DNA of 64,000 nt from Macrostomum lignano. Its lineage: Eukaryota. Below, in pieces: positions 62,558 through 64,000 of this stretch; positions within the stretch are counted from its first letter, which is position 1; every line of letters begins with the position of its first letter. The stretch is from assembly GCA_002269645.1 (NCBI GenBank), contig NIVC01000570.1, positions 469,665-533,664 of the forward strand, in the 5' to 3' direction. The notes beneath the pieces were generated by a model. The model worked only from the letters and a program-made list of their open reading frames with translations, did no database searches and was not told the DNA's origin. The position numbers and the translations under genes are program-made.

Positions 62558-64000
62558 TCAGATTCCTTGGTCGACCTTTGCACGCGCGTGGATGCGCGCG
62601 CTGGGCGATCGCCTCCGGTGGTTGCTCGCCGCAGTCTGGCGTCTGTGGGGCCGGCAGCGGGGGCGTGAACGGTGGCGGTTGCGACTTTCCACCACGAGCC
62701 GCTTTAGATCCGTGATGTGGCGCATGCAGGACTCGCGTCCTCTGTGCAGCACGAGCGAGTCTCCCTGCACTTTCGCGACGACCCAGGCCTCTGGTTCGAA
62801 GGGTGTTTCTCCTTTCGTGGCCGGTCTCCGTCGTCGCAGCACCAGGTCGCCGGACTTGATGCTGTGGCTGGCGGCTCTCCTGCGGTTGTCTGCGTTGCGC
62901 GTCATTCGTTGCTTAGCGGCGTTGTCACGAGCTCTGACTGCCGCTAGGTTCCGTGGCTGCTGGCTGCGCTGCTGCACGCTGGGAATGCAGTCCTGCACTT
63001 GTCGTTGAAACATGAGCTCCGCGGGCGTCGCCCCGGTGCTTGTGTGCGGCGTGTTCCGGTATGCCTCCAGCCAGTCCTGTAGGGCGGCCCGCCAGTCGGA
63101 CGGCTCAATACTCGCGATGCGCACGATTTTGTTGATAGAGCGGTTGACGCGTTCCGTGACCCCGTTGGCCGCTGGGTTGTATGGAGTGATGAGGCGGTGC
63201 TGCACGCCGTTGCTGCTGAGAAACTCCTTGAAAGCTTGCGAGCTGAGCGGCGGTCCATTGTCGGAAACGAGTTGAGCTGGTCTGCCCAATGTGGCGAACA
63301 GGCTCCGCAGCTGCTTGGTAACGGACTCGGCTGTCATGGACGACATGCTGATGATGATCGGGTATCGGGAGAAGTGATCTACTAGGACGAGAAGATGTCG
63401 ATTGTGCACCGGCTCGGTGAAGTCGATGCCCAGTGTGTGCCAGGCGTAGGGTGGCAGCGGCGTTGTCTGCAGATGTGCTGCTGGGATTTCGGCTTGATGG
63501 CTCGCAGCTTGGCAGGGGAGGCAGGTGTTGCACATCCGCTGTGCTTGCCCCGCCATGCCCGGCCACCAGACCTTCGCTGACAGTCTGGCTTGCGTCTTCT
63601 TTTCTCCCTGGTGCCCTTGGTGAGCGAGCCGCAGCACAGTCTGCTGGAGTGCCTCGGGAACGACTATCTGCTGGCCTCTCAGCAGAATCCCATCCGTCAC
63701 GGAGAGCTCCTGCCTGACTCTACGTGCAGGGATCGCAGCGCTGCATCTCGGATGTCCCAGTCGCTACCGTGAAGTGCCGATACGGCTGCTTGGAGCACTC
63801 CGTCTGTTGCTGTTGCGTCTTTAATCTGCTGCAGCGACAGCCCTTTTGGGGTCGCCTCCTTGGTGATGCTGTTGATGTAGCGGTTATCGCGGAGTTCGCT
63901 GACGCTGGCTGCCGCCATAGACGAGCAGGGCTGCCGGCTGAGGACGTCGCTCGGATTAGTCTCACCTGGCCTGTACACTATTTCAAACATCAGGTCCTGA
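62558..64000 (-). mobile_element. Ty3/Gypsy LTR retrotransposon pol 3' part (RNase H end, H2C2 zinc finger, integrase), truncated by the window edge, frameshifted near 63700-63730
   Basis: YRPGETNPSDVLSR; LAHQGHQG...VWWPGM...CNTCLPC; WHTLGIDF, VDHFSRYP, LVSDNGP, PYNPAANGVTERVNRSI (DDE core). A G10 tract at ~62393-62402 (minus) may be the polypurine tract. Confidence 0.93.

Noticed and set aside
62944-63772. Overlapping ORFs on both strands within the Gypsy region, and plus-strand ORFs over the ABCC, UBA2, DENND6 and RhoGAP exons
   Set aside because: Shadow frames of GC-rich coding sequence.

Overview
Eukaryotic (animal) genomic DNA: GC-rich exons, GT-AG introns and a very high load of 17-44 bp minisatellites. 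This style resembles a free-living flatworm such as Macrostomum (inference only). All seven host genes I can support are on the minus strand: a RhoGAP exon (2638-3188), a 21-exon MRP1/ABCC1-type exporter (8541-20304, one base short in a G-run), an orphan small type I membrane protein (27726-28160), UBA2/SAE2 (32884-36776), DENND6 (39850-44836), a divergent intronless TRPV-like channel (55744-57489) and a Cys-less pentameric ligand-gated ion channel (60086-61567). A Ty3/Gypsy pol fragment (also minus) runs off the right edge. The non-coding DNA is the most unusual part. (i) A TTAA-flanked piggyBac-type foldback element has ~725-bp near-identical inverted arms (5310-7037). (ii) Two sharply bounded CpG-stripped, TpA-rich blocks (3420-4684 and ~44900-52260) contain decayed mobile elements: a SINE in the first; mariner and THAP/P-element transposase relics, a 57-bp element with a perfect 8-bp TSD and a younger CpG-rich hAT-like MITE in the second. 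(iii) Many introns carry their own distinct minisatellite, several built from splice-acceptor-like units. All exon boundaries and counts were made by hand without tools.
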